Source of the DNA: Methanoculleus sp.
Lineage (GTDB): Archaea; Halobacteriota; Methanomicrobia; Methanomicrobiales; Methanoculleaceae
Reading direction: 5' to 3'
Assembly: GCA_023230425.1 (NCBI GenBank)
Contig: JALNXI010000001.1
Coordinates: 1 to 43,478 of the forward strand
Length of the DNA stretch: 43,478 bases
Shown: in pieces, positions 26,875 to 36,505 of the stretch
Position numbering within the stretch: the stretch's first letter is position 1
Layout: the number at the start of each line of letters is the position of its first letter
The notes under the pieces: model-generated
Told to the model about the DNA's origin: nothing
Database searches by the model: none
Seen by the model: only the letters and a program-made list of their open reading frames with translations
Made by a program: the position numbers and the translations under genes

Positions 26875-27501
26875 TCAGCGGACCCGCACCCGCCGGCCGG
26901 CGACCTCCAGACGGTCCTCGCAGAAGAGTTTCACGGCGAGCGGCAGGGCTTTGTGCTCCTCGGTGAGGATCCGGTCGGCGAGCGCCGATTCGTCGTCGTC
27001 CGGGAGAACCGGCACGCACCGCTGGACGACGATAGGGCCGGTATCCATCCCCTCATCCACGAGGTGGACGGTGCAGCCCGAGACCTTCACGCCGCACTCG
27101 ACCGCCTGCCTTTGCGCGTGCAGGCCGGTAAATGACGGAAGCAGGGCGGGGTGGATGTTCATCATCCGGCCCGAGAACTCATGCACGATCGCGTGCCCGA
27201 GGATCCGCATGTAGCCGGCGAGGACGAAGAGGTCCGCGCGGCAGCCCCGCATCGCCGCAAGCAGCGCTTCCTCATAGGCAGCCTTCGAGGGGAACCGCGC
27301 ATACTCGACGACCGTCACCGGGATACCGGCGACCCGGGCCCGCTCTATCGCGTACGCCTGCGGGTTGTCGGTGACGAGGCCGACGCAGATCGCCGGGATC
27401 TCCCCGGCCGCGATGGCATCGATCACCGCCTGAAAGTTCGATCCTCTGCCTGAGGCGAGCATTGCTATCCGTTTTCTGCAAACTGGTCTCTCTGGATCCA
27501 T
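26875..27501 (-). CDS. purN: Phosphoribosylglycinamide formyltransferase
   Basis: SGRGSN, LAGYMRIL, NIHPALLP, GCTVHLVD..MDTGPI. Confidence 0.95.
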   Translation of the reverse strand: MDPERPVCRKRIAMLASGRGSNFQAVIDAIAAGEIPAICVGLVTDNPQAYAIERARVAGIPVTVVEYARFPSKAAYEEALLAAMRGCRADLFVLAGYMRILGHAIVHEFSGRMMNIHPALLPSFTGLHAQRQAVECGVKVSGCTVHLVDEGMDTGPIVVQRCVPVLPDDDESALADRILTEEHKALPLAVKLFCEDRLEVAGRRVRVR

Positions 27502-27523
27502 ACGTACCGTTCTCCTGACTCCG

Positions 27524-28804
27524 TTACCGGGCCTCCCCCGACCCGGTTTGAGGGGCGACGATCAGTTTCACCTTGACGATCCGCCGGCCCCGCATCTGCA
27601 TCACCACCAGCATGATGCCGCTCTCCTCGATCTTGACCACCTCGCCGCGGCGGGGGATGTGCCCCAGCCGGTCGATAACGAGGCCGCCGATGCTCTCATA
27701 TGAATCCATCAGCGGGAGGTTGAGATCCAGATCCTCGTTGAGGTGCTCCACCCACGCCCGTGCGTCGACCAGGAAGACACCCTCATCGATCCGTTGCACC
27801 TCAGGCTCCTCCTCATCGAACTCGTCCATGATCTCGCCGACCAGTTCTTCAAGCATATCTTCGACCGTCACGATTCCAGCAAACGACCCGTACTCGTCGA
27901 GGACGACCGCCATATGCTGCTTCTTCACCTGGAGTTCCTTGAGGAGCTCGTCGATCTTCTTGCTCTCGGGGACGAAGTAGGGCTCGTACATCATATCCCT
28001 GATCATCGCGCTCATCTGCTGGCGGAAGACCGCCGCAAAGATGTCCTTGATGTTTAAGAGCCCGATGACGTTGTCGATCTGCTCGTGGTAAACAGGGATC
28101 CGGGAGAAACCAGTATCGTTGAAGATGGAGAGAGCGTTCTCGAGCGTGCTGGTATCCTCGATCATAACGACATCTATCCGGGGCGTCATCACCTCGCGGA
28201 CCGTCGTATCGCCGAAACGCAGCACGGAGTAGAGCATATCCCGCTCCTGCTCCTCGATGGTCCCCTCCTCCTCCCCGACATCGATCCATTCCTTGATCTC
28301 CTCCTCGGTGACGACCGGCTCGGCCACGCCGGGCCTGAAAGCGAACTGCTGCCTGATATGGTCTGAGACCCAGAGCACAGGGTAGATCACCTTCGAGAGG
28401 TAGAGGATGGGCAGGGCGACACGGAGCGCGAGGTCTTCGGTGTTCCGGGAGGCGTACATCTTCGGCCCGATCTCGCCGAACACCAGCATAAGGATGACCG
28501 TGAAAAAGGTCGCTATCCCGATACCGACGTCGCCGTAGATACCGATGGCGATCGCGGTCGCGAGCGATGCTGCGGCAACGTTTGCAATGTTGTTCCCGAT
28601 GAGGATGGTGATCAGGATTGTGTCGGTCGACCGCTTCAGCGTATCGAGCGCTTCTGCTCCTTTCCGACCCTGGTTCAAGAGTGCGCGGACTTTCGCCCGG
28701 GTTATCGATATAAGGGCGACCTCCGAACTTGAGAAGAAGCCCGAGAGAAGCAGACAGATAAGAAATAATACGATCTCTATGGTTACAAGGTCTACGATTA
28801 CCAT
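27524..28804 (-). CDS. Hemolysin/CNNM family protein (DUF21-CBS-CorC)
   Basis: FFSSSEVA, GEIGPK, VMTPR, FSRIPV, DEYG, EDMLEELVGEI. Confidence 0.92.
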   Translation of the reverse strand: MVIVDLVTIEIVLFLICLLLSGFFSSSEVALISITRAKVRALLNQGRKGAEALDTLKRSTDTILITILIGNNIANVAAASLATAIAIGIYGDVGIGIATFFTVILMLVFGEIGPKMYASRNTEDLALRVALPILYLSKVIYPVLWVSDHIRQQFAFRPGVAEPVVTEEEIKEWIDVGEEEGTIEEQERDMLYSVLRFGDTTVREVMTPRIDVVMIEDTSTLENALSIFNDTGFSRIPVYHEQIDNVIGLLNIKDIFAAVFRQQMSAMIRDMMYEPYFVPESKKIDELLKELQVKKQHMAVVLDEYGSFAGIVTVEDMLEELVGEIMDEFDEEEPEVQRIDEGVFLVDARAWVEHLNEDLDLNLPLMDSYESIGGLVIDRLGHIPRRGEVVKIEESGIMLVVMQMRGRRIVKVKLIVAPQTGSGEAR

Positions 28805-28896
28805 TTACTCCACGCCGCATCCAGCGGCCGCATCTGATATCGGATTAATTGTTGGATATGAATTATGTTGCAGGCAGGAGTTATAAACCCAGCGCT

Positions 28897-29721
28897 TCAG
28901 GAGAATATCATCTCTAGCGCCTCCAATTCCCGTACCAGGAGCACAACCTTCTCTTCGGATGAGAGCGCCTCCGGAAAGACCATATCCTCGAGTTCCAGGG
29001 TGAGGTAGCCGTCATAGCCCCGGTCGGCAAGTTCGGCAAGTACCCGGGTCGCGGACGGGTCGTTATGGATGGGGTGGTGGGGCCGCCCGTTCCCGCCGAG
29101 CGCACTGACGTGGACGTTTGCCATCCGCCCTATGCAGAGGTCGATGAACCGGAGCACCTCGTCACAGGATGTTATCATGGCATGTCCCATATCCAGCGTG
29201 AACCAGAGCCAGGGTTCCCGTTCGAGCACTTCGGCCGCATCCTCCGCCGTATAGAGCAGGGCGTTGACCCGGGGTTCGAGGTTCTCGATCGCCACCTTCA
29301 CCTGCACCTTCTCTGCGACCTCCCGGATCCGGTTGATGTAATCTTCAAACCGCCGGAAGTCGTAGGCGCTCGGGTGCCGTTTCGCCGTCCTTCTCCCGGG
29401 ATGGACGGTGACCACAGCGGCGCCCATCCGGTCCGCCATCTGAATCGCTTCGACGGTGTAGTCGACCGATATCTCGGCGACCTTCGGGTTGATGGAGCAG
29501 GGGTTTAAGTCCAGTGTCGGGGCGTGGACGGTGATCGGGGAGAGTTCCGGGTGGTCGGCAATACATCCGGCGAGTTCGTCCTCCGGGCGGCCGCGAAGCC
29601 AGAAGTGCGGCGTCTCGACCCAGAACTCGAGGCCGTCGAGGCCGGACTCGGCAACGTAGTCGAAGATCTGATCGCACGGGTACTCGTGGAAGAACATAGT
29701 CGAGACAGCGAAACGACCCAT
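28897..29721 (-). CDS. Sugar-phosphate isomerase/epimerase (AP endonuclease 2-type TIM barrel)
   Basis: TVHAP, VHPG, IENL, LDMGH, NVHVS, TLE metal-binding pattern; start taken as ATG 29721 because the upstream extension overlaps xseA. Confidence 0.85.
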   Translation of the reverse strand: MGRFAVSTMFFHEYPCDQIFDYVAESGLDGLEFWVETPHFWLRGRPEDELAGCIADHPELSPITVHAPTLDLNPCSINPKVAEISVDYTVEAIQMADRMGAAVVTVHPGRRTAKRHPSAYDFRRFEDYINRIREVAEKVQVKVAIENLEPRVNALLYTAEDAAEVLEREPWLWFTLDMGHAMITSCDEVLRFIDLCIGRMANVHVSALGGNGRPHHPIHNDPSATRVLAELADRGYDGYLTLELEDMVFPEALSSEEKVVLLVRELEALEMIFS

Positions 29722-29760
29722 AATACTACTTGATATAAACCATTGGTCTAATAGATTGTG

Positions 29761-31008
29761 ATGATGTTCTGCGGTCCTTCCGCCGGTCCGGACCGGTTCG
29801 GCACCCCGATCCTTGGGGTTTCGGAGGTCTCCGGACTCATCTGCGATCTCCTCGACGATGCCCGCCTGCACGAGATCTGGGTGCGGGGGGAGGTGACCAA
29901 CTACAAGGACCACACCTCCGGTCACCGCTACTTCTCGCTCGGCGAGCGCAACGGGAGGAGTTCTGCTCTGATCAACTGCGTCATGTGGCGCTCCTACGCG
30001 TCAGGGATCAACTTTACGCCCAGAGACGGCATGGACGTGCTCGCCTGGGGAACCGTGGAGGTCTACGAGCCTCACGGCAGGTACCAGTTGATTGTCCGGG
30101 AGATGCACCCGGCGGGCCTCGGCGAGCGCCATCTCATGGTCGAGCGCTGGAAACAGGAACTCGACGCCGAAGGGCTCTTCGCCCCTGAGCGGAGACGACC
30201 TCTGCCTGCTTTTCCACACCGGATCGGTGTGGTCACCTCCTCGACCGGCGCAGCAATGCAGGATATCCTCTCGGTCATATCCCGGCGGTACCCGGCCGAG
30301 GTGGTCCTCTCCCCGACGACCGTCCAGGGCGACGGGGCGCATATGGAGATAGCCGCGGCGATCCGGAAGATCGACGGGCTTGTGGATGTGATCATCGTCG
30401 GGCGCGGCGGAGGGAGTTTCGAGGACCTCTTCCCCTTCAACCACCCGGACGTTGTGCGAGCTGTCGCTCTCTGTAAGACACCGGTGATCAGCGCCGTCGG
30501 TCACGAGGTGGACACTGCCCTCTGCGACTTTGCCGCGGACCTCCGGGCGCCGACGCCGTCGGCGGCCGCAGAGCGGGCCGTGCCCGACCGTGTGGAGGTG
30601 CTCCGGGAACTCTCCGGGCACCGCGAGAGGATGGGAGCGCTCCTCCTCCACCGGCTTGCCGCAGCGGGAAGCGAGGTCGAGGACCTGCGGGCGCGCATGC
30701 ATCCCCGGCGACTCGCACGCCGGGTCCACGAGCGGATGCAGCGCCTCGCCGAGCACGAGGACCTGCTCCGGCGCTCGGCGCTCGCCCGGGTGCAGCGGAA
30801 ACGCTCGGCGCTCGCGGAGGTCCGCGCGGACCTCGCGGGGAAGAACCCGCTCGCCATCCTGGACCGGGGCTACTGTATCGTCGAGTCGGGCGGAGAGATC
30901 GCGAGAAGCGCCGGAGACCTCAGCCCGGGGGACCGGGTGGTGCTGCGGATGAAGGACGGCCGGTGCCGGGCCGTCGTGGAGGATATAACGTATGACAGAG
31001 ACGTTTGA
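29761..31008 (+). CDS. xseA: Exodeoxyribonuclease VII large subunit
   Basis: WVRGEVTN..SGHRYF, RIGVVTS.TGAA..D, RGGGSFEDL, SAVGHEVD, DLRAPTPS; TATA-like GATATAAA about 26 nt upstream. Confidence 0.95.
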   Translation: MMFCGPSAGPDRFGTPILGVSEVSGLICDLLDDARLHEIWVRGEVTNYKDHTSGHRYFSLGERNGRSSALINCVMWRSYASGINFTPRDGMDVLAWGTVEVYEPHGRYQLIVREMHPAGLGERHLMVERWKQELDAEGLFAPERRRPLPAFPHRIGVVTSSTGAAMQDILSVISRRYPAEVVLSPTTVQGDGAHMEIAAAIRKIDGLVDVIIVGRGGGSFEDLFPFNHPDVVRAVALCKTPVISAVGHEVDTALCDFAADLRAPTPSAAAERAVPDRVEVLRELSGHRERMGALLLHRLAAAGSEVEDLRARMHPRRLARRVHERMQRLAEHEDLLRRSALARVQRKRSALAEVRADLAGKNPLAILDRGYCIVESGGEIARSAGDLSPGDRVVLRMKDGRCRAVVEDITYDRDV

Positions 31009-31177
31009 AGAGATGCTGGAAGAACTTCGGGGGATTGTTCGGAGGCTGGAAAACGGGGATACGAGCCTCGAAGAGAGTATCACCATCTACGAACGCGGTG
31101 CGCTCCTCGTAAAGCAGTGCGAAGACCTCCTCACCACAGCCGAGATGAAACTCACGGAACTCGGCCGCGACCAATGA
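30992..31177 (+). CDS. xseB: Exodeoxyribonuclease VII small subunit
   Basis: FEE.LEEL..IV.RLE.G..SLEESI..YERG..L...C...L..AE. Confidence 0.93.
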   Translation: MTETFEEMLEELRGIVRRLENGDTSLEESITIYERGALLVKQCEDLLTTAEMKLTELGRDQ

Positions 31178-33107
31178 ACCGGTAGAATCCCGGCGGGACT
31201 CTGATCTCGAACCGCACACCCTTCCCGGGCTCGCCGGTCTCCCGCAGGGAAAGATCGGTGATCGAGAGGATCTCCCGGGCAAGGAAGAGCCCGAACCCGG
31301 TCTGCTGTCCGAACCCCCGCTTGAATATCTTCTCTTTTTCAGCATCAGGAACACCGATACCGTCGTCCTCGTAGACAATGCTGATCCCGCGATCCGACTC
31401 TTCGGGATAGATCCGTATCCGGGTGATGCCTCCACCATGCTGCAGCGAGTTGTCGATGAGGTTTGTGAAGACCCGGACGATGAGGGGGTCGGCATACACC
31501 TCGATATCACCGGCCTGCACCTCGACGGTAACCTCTCCCGTATCGAGCCCCACCATCGCCTCGTGGGCGATCTGCGATACATTCTGCCAGAGAGGGGAAG
31601 CCATGCCGACATCCCGGTACTCCCCGGTGAAGGCCATGTAGCGCCGGATGTCCCGGACGGCTTCTTCCTCCTTCTGGTAATACTGCAGTAGTTCCGGGTC
31701 GCCCGTCCGCTCACGGGAGAGGTCGAGGTACCCCGAGAGCACGTTGAGCCGGTTTAAGATGTCGTGCCGGGTCACGTCCGAGAGCAGGTTGAGTTTCCGG
31801 TTCGCGAGGAGAAGCGCCTCCTCCGCCATCCGCGCATCGGTGATGTCCCGGCCCACCGACTGGTACTTGGCGACGGAGCCCTCTCGGTTGAAGAACACAG
31901 TATTGGTCCACTGCTGCCACCGGACCCTGCCGTCCGGCATGACCACCCGGTGCTCGACCGTCGATACGGGGTGTTCGGGAGTGAGGGAGCGAAGGCTCCG
32001 CTGGATCCGGGCCAGGTCGTCGGCAGGAACCGCGGGAGTATACCGCCGCCCGATGAGGTCCCCGCACGGTATACCGATGTACCGGCAATAGGCGTCGTTC
32101 ACAAAAGTGATGGTGCCGTCGGGGAGCCAGCGGTAGATCAGCTCGGTCTGGCTCTCCACGACCGTCCGGCACTGCTCCTCGCTCTTCCGGAGGGCCTCTT
32201 CAGCCCTCCGGCGATCCGATATGTCCTGAAGATAGACAGAGATGCCGTCACGGGTAGGGATGGCGCGCACCTCAACGGTGTGGTCTCGCTCCTGAAGGCG
32301 AAACCTGCATTCGCTCACACCAGCCCGACCGGCCTCCAGGACCTCCCGGAAGAACCCGATAACCGCCTCGTCCCGGAGGTTTGGGAAGACGTCGTATATG
32401 CTCTTCCCGAGGACCTCCTCCTCAGGGCTACCCGAGAGGCGGGCAGCCGCCACGTTCCAGAAGATGATACGGTTGTCCCGGTCCAGGGCAAGGAAGGCGT
32501 CGCTGATGTTGCCGGTCAGTTCACGGTAGCGCTCTTCGCTCTCACGGAGGGCTTCTTCAACCTTCTTCTGTCCGGATATATCGTAGATGGCCCAGAGGCA
32601 CTCGGCTATCCCGCCACCGGGGTCGCGCGAGACCGAGACCGCCACGGCGGCAGGGAACGTGCTGCCGTCGTGCCTCGCGAGAGAGAACTCCTGCACCGGA
32701 ACCTCTTCGCCTCGCGTGAGCGCTGCAACCGCCGACTGGAAGGCCGGGATGCATCCGGGGTGGAGGTGCTCAGGGAGGGGGACCCCCTGCAGGCAGGCGG
32801 GGGCGAGGCCGAGCAGGGCGGCCGCCGCCCGGTTCGCCTCCAGGATGACCCCGTCCGACCCGGTGCAGATATATCCGGCCGGGAGGTGGGCAAGTCGGTT
32901 CCGGCATCGCCGGAACCCGGCGTCGATGCTCTGGATGTCGGCGATCAGTGTCTCCGCCTGGCTGTGGAGGTCGTCGAGAAGGGGCTTGAGGAGAAGCGGG
33001 TCTCCTGCAGGGATCACCCCTTCGCCGGCTCTGAGCGGGCGGAGGTGGCGGTCGAGTGCCTCCAGCAGTTCAAGGAGGTCATCGAGCGCCGGGCTAAACG
33101 GTTGCAT
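31152..33107 (-). CDS. Multi-PAS sensor histidine kinase
   Basis: Three PAS/PAC repeats, H-box TRHDILN, N-box NLIDNSLQHG, G boxes DDGIG and GFGLFL. Confidence 0.92.
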   Translation of the reverse strand: MQPFSPALDDLLELLEALDRHLRPLRAGEGVIPAGDPLLLKPLLDDLHSQAETLIADIQSIDAGFRRCRNRLAHLPAGYICTGSDGVILEANRAAAALLGLAPACLQGVPLPEHLHPGCIPAFQSAVAALTRGEEVPVQEFSLARHDGSTFPAAVAVSVSRDPGGGIAECLWAIYDISGQKKVEEALRESEERYRELTGNISDAFLALDRDNRIIFWNVAAARLSGSPEEEVLGKSIYDVFPNLRDEAVIGFFREVLEAGRAGVSECRFRLQERDHTVEVRAIPTRDGISVYLQDISDRRRAEEALRKSEEQCRTVVESQTELIYRWLPDGTITFVNDAYCRYIGIPCGDLIGRRYTPAVPADDLARIQRSLRSLTPEHPVSTVEHRVVMPDGRVRWQQWTNTVFFNREGSVAKYQSVGRDITDARMAEEALLLANRKLNLLSDVTRHDILNRLNVLSGYLDLSRERTGDPELLQYYQKEEEAVRDIRRYMAFTGEYRDVGMASPLWQNVSQIAHEAMVGLDTGEVTVEVQAGDIEVYADPLIVRVFTNLIDNSLQHGGGITRIRIYPEESDRGISIVYEDDGIGVPDAEKEKIFKRGFGQQTGFGLFLAREILSITDLSLRETGEPGKGVRFEIRVPPGFYRFIGRGRVP

Positions 33108-33268
33108 ACCTCATCTGCCTCCCGCACCTTGAGCGGATAAACCTATCCCCCGGTGTCACCCCCGGGTCACAAGACCGGCCGAAGGGGTGTTTCTCATGCG
33201 TTCGGAGGGAGACGTGTTCGTGAATGCCCCGGGGATCGTATATACTTTCAAACGACGCACGGTCTATC

Positions 33269-33457
33269 ATGGTAGACGAGAAAGCAGGGGCGATAATAAC
33301 TGTCTTCGTCGTAGGCGTCGTTACGGCCCTGGATCTCCTCAGGGCGATCCCCGCGGGGCTGGCCCCGATTATCGGGCTCTTCGCGGCCGTCCTGCTCCTT
33401 GCAACCGGCTTGCTGGTGCCTGGAGAGAGCCGGGACGGGATGCGAACCGTCCGGTGA
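33269..33457 (+). CDS. Small two-TM membrane protein
   Basis: 62 aa with two hydrophobic stretches; TATA-like GTATATAC about 25 nt upstream of ATG 33269. Confidence 0.55.
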   Translation: MVDEKAGAIITVFVVGVVTALDLLRAIPAGLAPIIGLFAAVLLLATGLLVPGESRDGMRTVR

Positions 33458-33475
33458 GTGGCGACCGGGTGCCGG

Positions 33476-33910
33476 TCAGGAACCCTCCGGGATCTCCGCT
33501 TCGAGCTCGACCACCAGTTCCTCCCCCCGCCGGAGCGCCTCGATAAACTCCCGGGGGAGGCCGGCCGCGACGCGATCGGAATGGATGCCCACGGTCCGGT
33601 CCGAGACGAAGTCGCTTCGCCGCCAGACAAGATCGGCGGGGTGGTCCAGGGTAAGCGCCGCACTTCCTCGCGATCTGACTTCGACGGTCTGGCCGCCGGC
33701 GATGAGCCGGGTCGTGAGCACCGCACGGTCGTCGCAGAGCACAGCTTTCAGGCCGGGGTCGAGGTCGGCGGCACCTTTGTCGGCAGCGACGCCGATGATG
33801 CAGTCACCAGATAGCGTCAGCGTCTCGTCCCTCGTCACCTCAAATGTCGTCGGATGGATTCCCTGGATCAGCGGGTGCCCTCGCGCCCGCACGATATCCC
33901 TCGCCTTCAT
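33476..33910 (-). CDS. DUF371 family protein
   Basis: ARGHP...HPTTFEVT, GDCIIGV, VWRRSDFV..RT. Confidence 0.9.
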   Translation of the reverse strand: MKARDIVRARGHPLIQGIHPTTFEVTRDETLTLSGDCIIGVAADKGAADLDPGLKAVLCDDRAVLTTRLIAGGQTVEVRSRGSAALTLDHPADLVWRRSDFVSDRTVGIHSDRVAAGLPREFIEALRRGEELVVELEAEIPEGS

Positions 33911-33942
33911 ACTTAATTAGGAAGGGACTCCATTGCTAATGA

Positions 33943-34536
33943 ATGATTAGTATCATCTGCCCCGTCTGTAAGGAGGAGTGTGAGCACCAGGTTCTCCGGG
34001 AGGCCGCTGAACTGGTGGTACAGTGTAGCGAGTGCGGCCAGATCCACCGGACACCAAAGCCCCCCGAACCCCGTATTCTCACCATCAGGGCAATTGTGAG
34101 CCATGAGACGGAGTCACAGGTCTGCACCGTGGAGATGCTCGCCGATGAGGTTGTGAGCCTTGGGGACCAGATCGCCGCGGAGTGTGGAGACGAGGTCTTC
34201 GGGGTCGAGGTCACCGGCATCGAGGTCGGAGCGAAACGAGTCCGCCGGGCGGAGGCCGAGGCGGTGACGACCCTCTGGACCCGGGGTATCGAACAGGTCG
34301 TGGTGAGGGCATCCATCCATACCGGGCGCACGACCCTTCCGCTCTACCAGGCTGCGGAGGGAGAAGATGAGTTCGTCGTCGGGGAGGCCTACACCTTCGG
34401 CGGGCGGCGGATCCGGATATCACACATCAAACTCCGTGACGGCCCGGTCATACGGAAAGAAGGCTGGAAGACTGTAGCCCGCCGGGTAAAGAGGATTTAC
34501 GGCTACCTCGAAGGGCGTTACCCGAGGAGGCCGTGA
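33943..34536 (+). CDS. Archaeal Zn-finger protein (HVO_0476-like)
   Basis: CPVC...HQVL...VQCSECG, TLWTR, KRIY. Confidence 0.82.
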   Translation: MISIICPVCKEECEHQVLREAAELVVQCSECGQIHRTPKPPEPRILTIRAIVSHETESQVCTVEMLADEVVSLGDQIAAECGDEVFGVEVTGIEVGAKRVRRAEAEAVTTLWTRGIEQVVVRASIHTGRTTLPLYQAAEGEDEFVVGEAYTFGGRRIRISHIKLRDGPVIRKEGWKTVARRVKRIYGYLEGRYPRRP

Positions 34537-34798
34537 TCCCCGCCAACCCGGGGCAGCAGGGTGCGGGATATTCGCAAGCCTTCGGGTGCGCATGCTTCCC
34601 CCCTCCGGCCGTTGCAACCCACCCCGGCACCCGTACACTCCACAACCAGCAGAAGGCCTCTCTCGGGGAACGGGACTTCGCCCTGCACGTTCGCGGGCGA
34701 GGTCGATAACCAGCAGATCCGCTCCACCTTCTGAATAACTTGCAGGCACACGATGGAAAGAACCGCAACACCGGGCCTTCCCGGCACCGCCCTGACCT

Positions 34799-35077
34799 TT
34801 ATCCGGGCAGGGGTCGAGGCAGGTGCCGGCGAATCGCAGCCTCGAGGTCTTCACGGTGGACGAGACCTTCCATCCGCTCCCTGACCTCGTCGCCCTCGAT
34901 GACGAGGGTTGTAGGGGTCACCCGGAGGCTATACTCTTTGATATACTGCGGGTTCTTAACGGCATCGATCTCCTCGATCTCGATCCCGAGGTCCTTCTCC
35001 ACCTCGCGAAGGATGGGGACCTGCTCATCGCACCCCATGCACCCTTCCTGGTAGAAGTTCATCACTTTTACCGCCAT
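34799..35077 (-). CDS. Thioredoxin-family protein
   Basis: CMGC active site, VTPT cis-Pro loop, ~92 aa. Confidence 0.88.
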   Translation of the reverse strand: MAVKVMNFYQEGCMGCDEQVPILREVEKDLGIEIEEIDAVKNPQYIKEYSLRVTPTTLVIEGDEVRERMEGLVHREDLEAAIRRHLPRPLPG

Positions 35078-35121
35078 ACATGGCAGAAAGCGGGAAGACT
35101 ATAAAAAACTGTGGGGTGCCG

Positions 35122-35814
35122 TCACCCCGTTATGCTGTTGAGCGTGACCTCGGCGCTGCCGTAGCGGTACGTGATGACCAGGGAGTCGGGATTCTTGGCG
35201 ATAACCTTCCCTATGCGCAGTGCCGGGGTCTCATTGGTCTCATTACCCATGGGGATGTCCGGTGATGCCGTCAGTCCGAGCATGACCATGTCGCCCACCG
35301 CTCTCTCGCTGAAGTTGAGGCCGATGCCGTCGGCGTCTTCCTGGCTCAGGTTCGCCTCGAGGTCGTTTGCCCCGTAGGAGAACCCAACGACCTTCGTCTC
35401 TCCGGGGCGCATCCCGATCAGTCCCTGAGAGATGGCGTTGGTCTCAAAGCCGAGGAGGCCGACAGCCGAGAATCCGGGAGGATATTCGACCGGTATGACG
35501 GCGACGTTCTCGCCCGAGACCTGGCTCCCGACGGGGATCGTCAGACCTCTCGTCAGGAGGACGAGGTTCCCCTTCTGGGATTCGCTCGACACGAGGTTCT
35601 GGTCGGTCGTGGCGAGAGGGCGCCCGTCCTCGCCACGGATGGTGTAGCCGATCTGTGCCGTATTCCCTGCCTGAGCCTTCTGGCTGCTCCCAAACATCGG
35701 GGCCAGGTAGGATCCCACCATGGCCACCGCAACCAGCAGGGCGACGCCCACGTAGGCCCATTTCATCCATGCCTTATCGTCGTTCTTCGAGGTTTTCTGC
35801 TGAGTCTGTTTCAT
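35122..35814 (-). CDS. Membrane-anchored protein with a degenerate FKBP/SlyD-like domain
   Basis: N-terminal TM helix; AQAGNTAQIGYTIRGEDG and LIGMRPGETKVV resemble FKBP-type PPIase strands. Confidence 0.6.
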   Translation of the reverse strand: MKQTQQKTSKNDDKAWMKWAYVGVALLVAVAMVGSYLAPMFGSSQKAQAGNTAQIGYTIRGEDGRPLATTDQNLVSSESQKGNLVLLTRGLTIPVGSQVSGENVAVIPVEYPPGFSAVGLLGFETNAISQGLIGMRPGETKVVGFSYGANDLEANLSQEDADGIGLNFSERAVGDMVMLGLTASPDIPMGNETNETPALRIGKVIAKNPDSLVITYRYGSAEVTLNSITG

Positions 35815-35969
35815 TGTTGTACAATCGTCTTTCGTTAAAATAAAATAGTATTGTTCTGTGCGGGAGAAGGTGTCGGATTAGATAGCATTATATAACAAAA
35901 ACACTACCTTAAAGTTAGCCAGGGCGACCCGGTCGCCCCGGGGCCATTCCAGAAACAGGAGTGATTACG

Positions 35970-36440
35970 ATGGCAAGGATTGAACGAGGGCCGTATCGCA
36001 CGATATGGCAGGACTTTGACGACCTTATGGCCGAGATGGAGAGCAGGTTCCAGTCCATGCTCGGAGGAATCGGCGCACGAGGAGAAGAGATCAGGGGCCG
36101 GGTCGTCCCGGCAGTCCGCGATTTCCGTGTAGATGTCCGGGACCACGAGGACGAGGTGATCGTCGTTGCCGACCTCCCCGGCGTTGAGAAAGAGAACGTC
36201 GCTGTCCGGCTCATCGACCCCCAGCACCTGGAGATCGTAAGCAGGCGGACGGACGAGACCGAGGAGGAGACCAGGGATTTCTTCATGCGGGAACGTGTCT
36301 ACGGTCAGATGAGCCGCACGGTGATGCTCCCCGCCGAGGTGACCGAAGAGAGTTCCGCTGCTTCATTCAAGAACGGCGTTCTCGAAGTCCGGCTGAAGAA
36401 AGCGCCGACCGAGACCGGGACCACAATCCCCATTGAATAA
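35970..36440 (+). CDS. Hsp20/alpha-crystallin small heat-shock protein
   Basis: VDV.D, ADLPGVEKE, ERVYG.MSR.V.LP, ASFKNGVLEV; followed by a T-run at 36443-36448. Confidence 0.95.
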   Translation: MARIERGPYRTIWQDFDDLMAEMESRFQSMLGGIGARGEEIRGRVVPAVRDFRVDVRDHEDEVIVVADLPGVEKENVAVRLIDPQHLEIVSRRTDETEEETRDFFMRERVYGQMSRTVMLPAEVTEESSAASFKNGVLEVRLKKAPTETGTTIPIE

Positions 36441-36505
36441 CCTTTTTTATGCCTTCACCAATCTTGACCGAACAATTCATGTCGAGCCAGTGTGACACTA
36501 TCATA

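Noticed and set aside
34537-34798. SRP RNA or RNase P RNA gene
   Set aside because: Neither the SRP helix-8 motif nor the RNase P GAGGAAAGTCC signature is present on either strand
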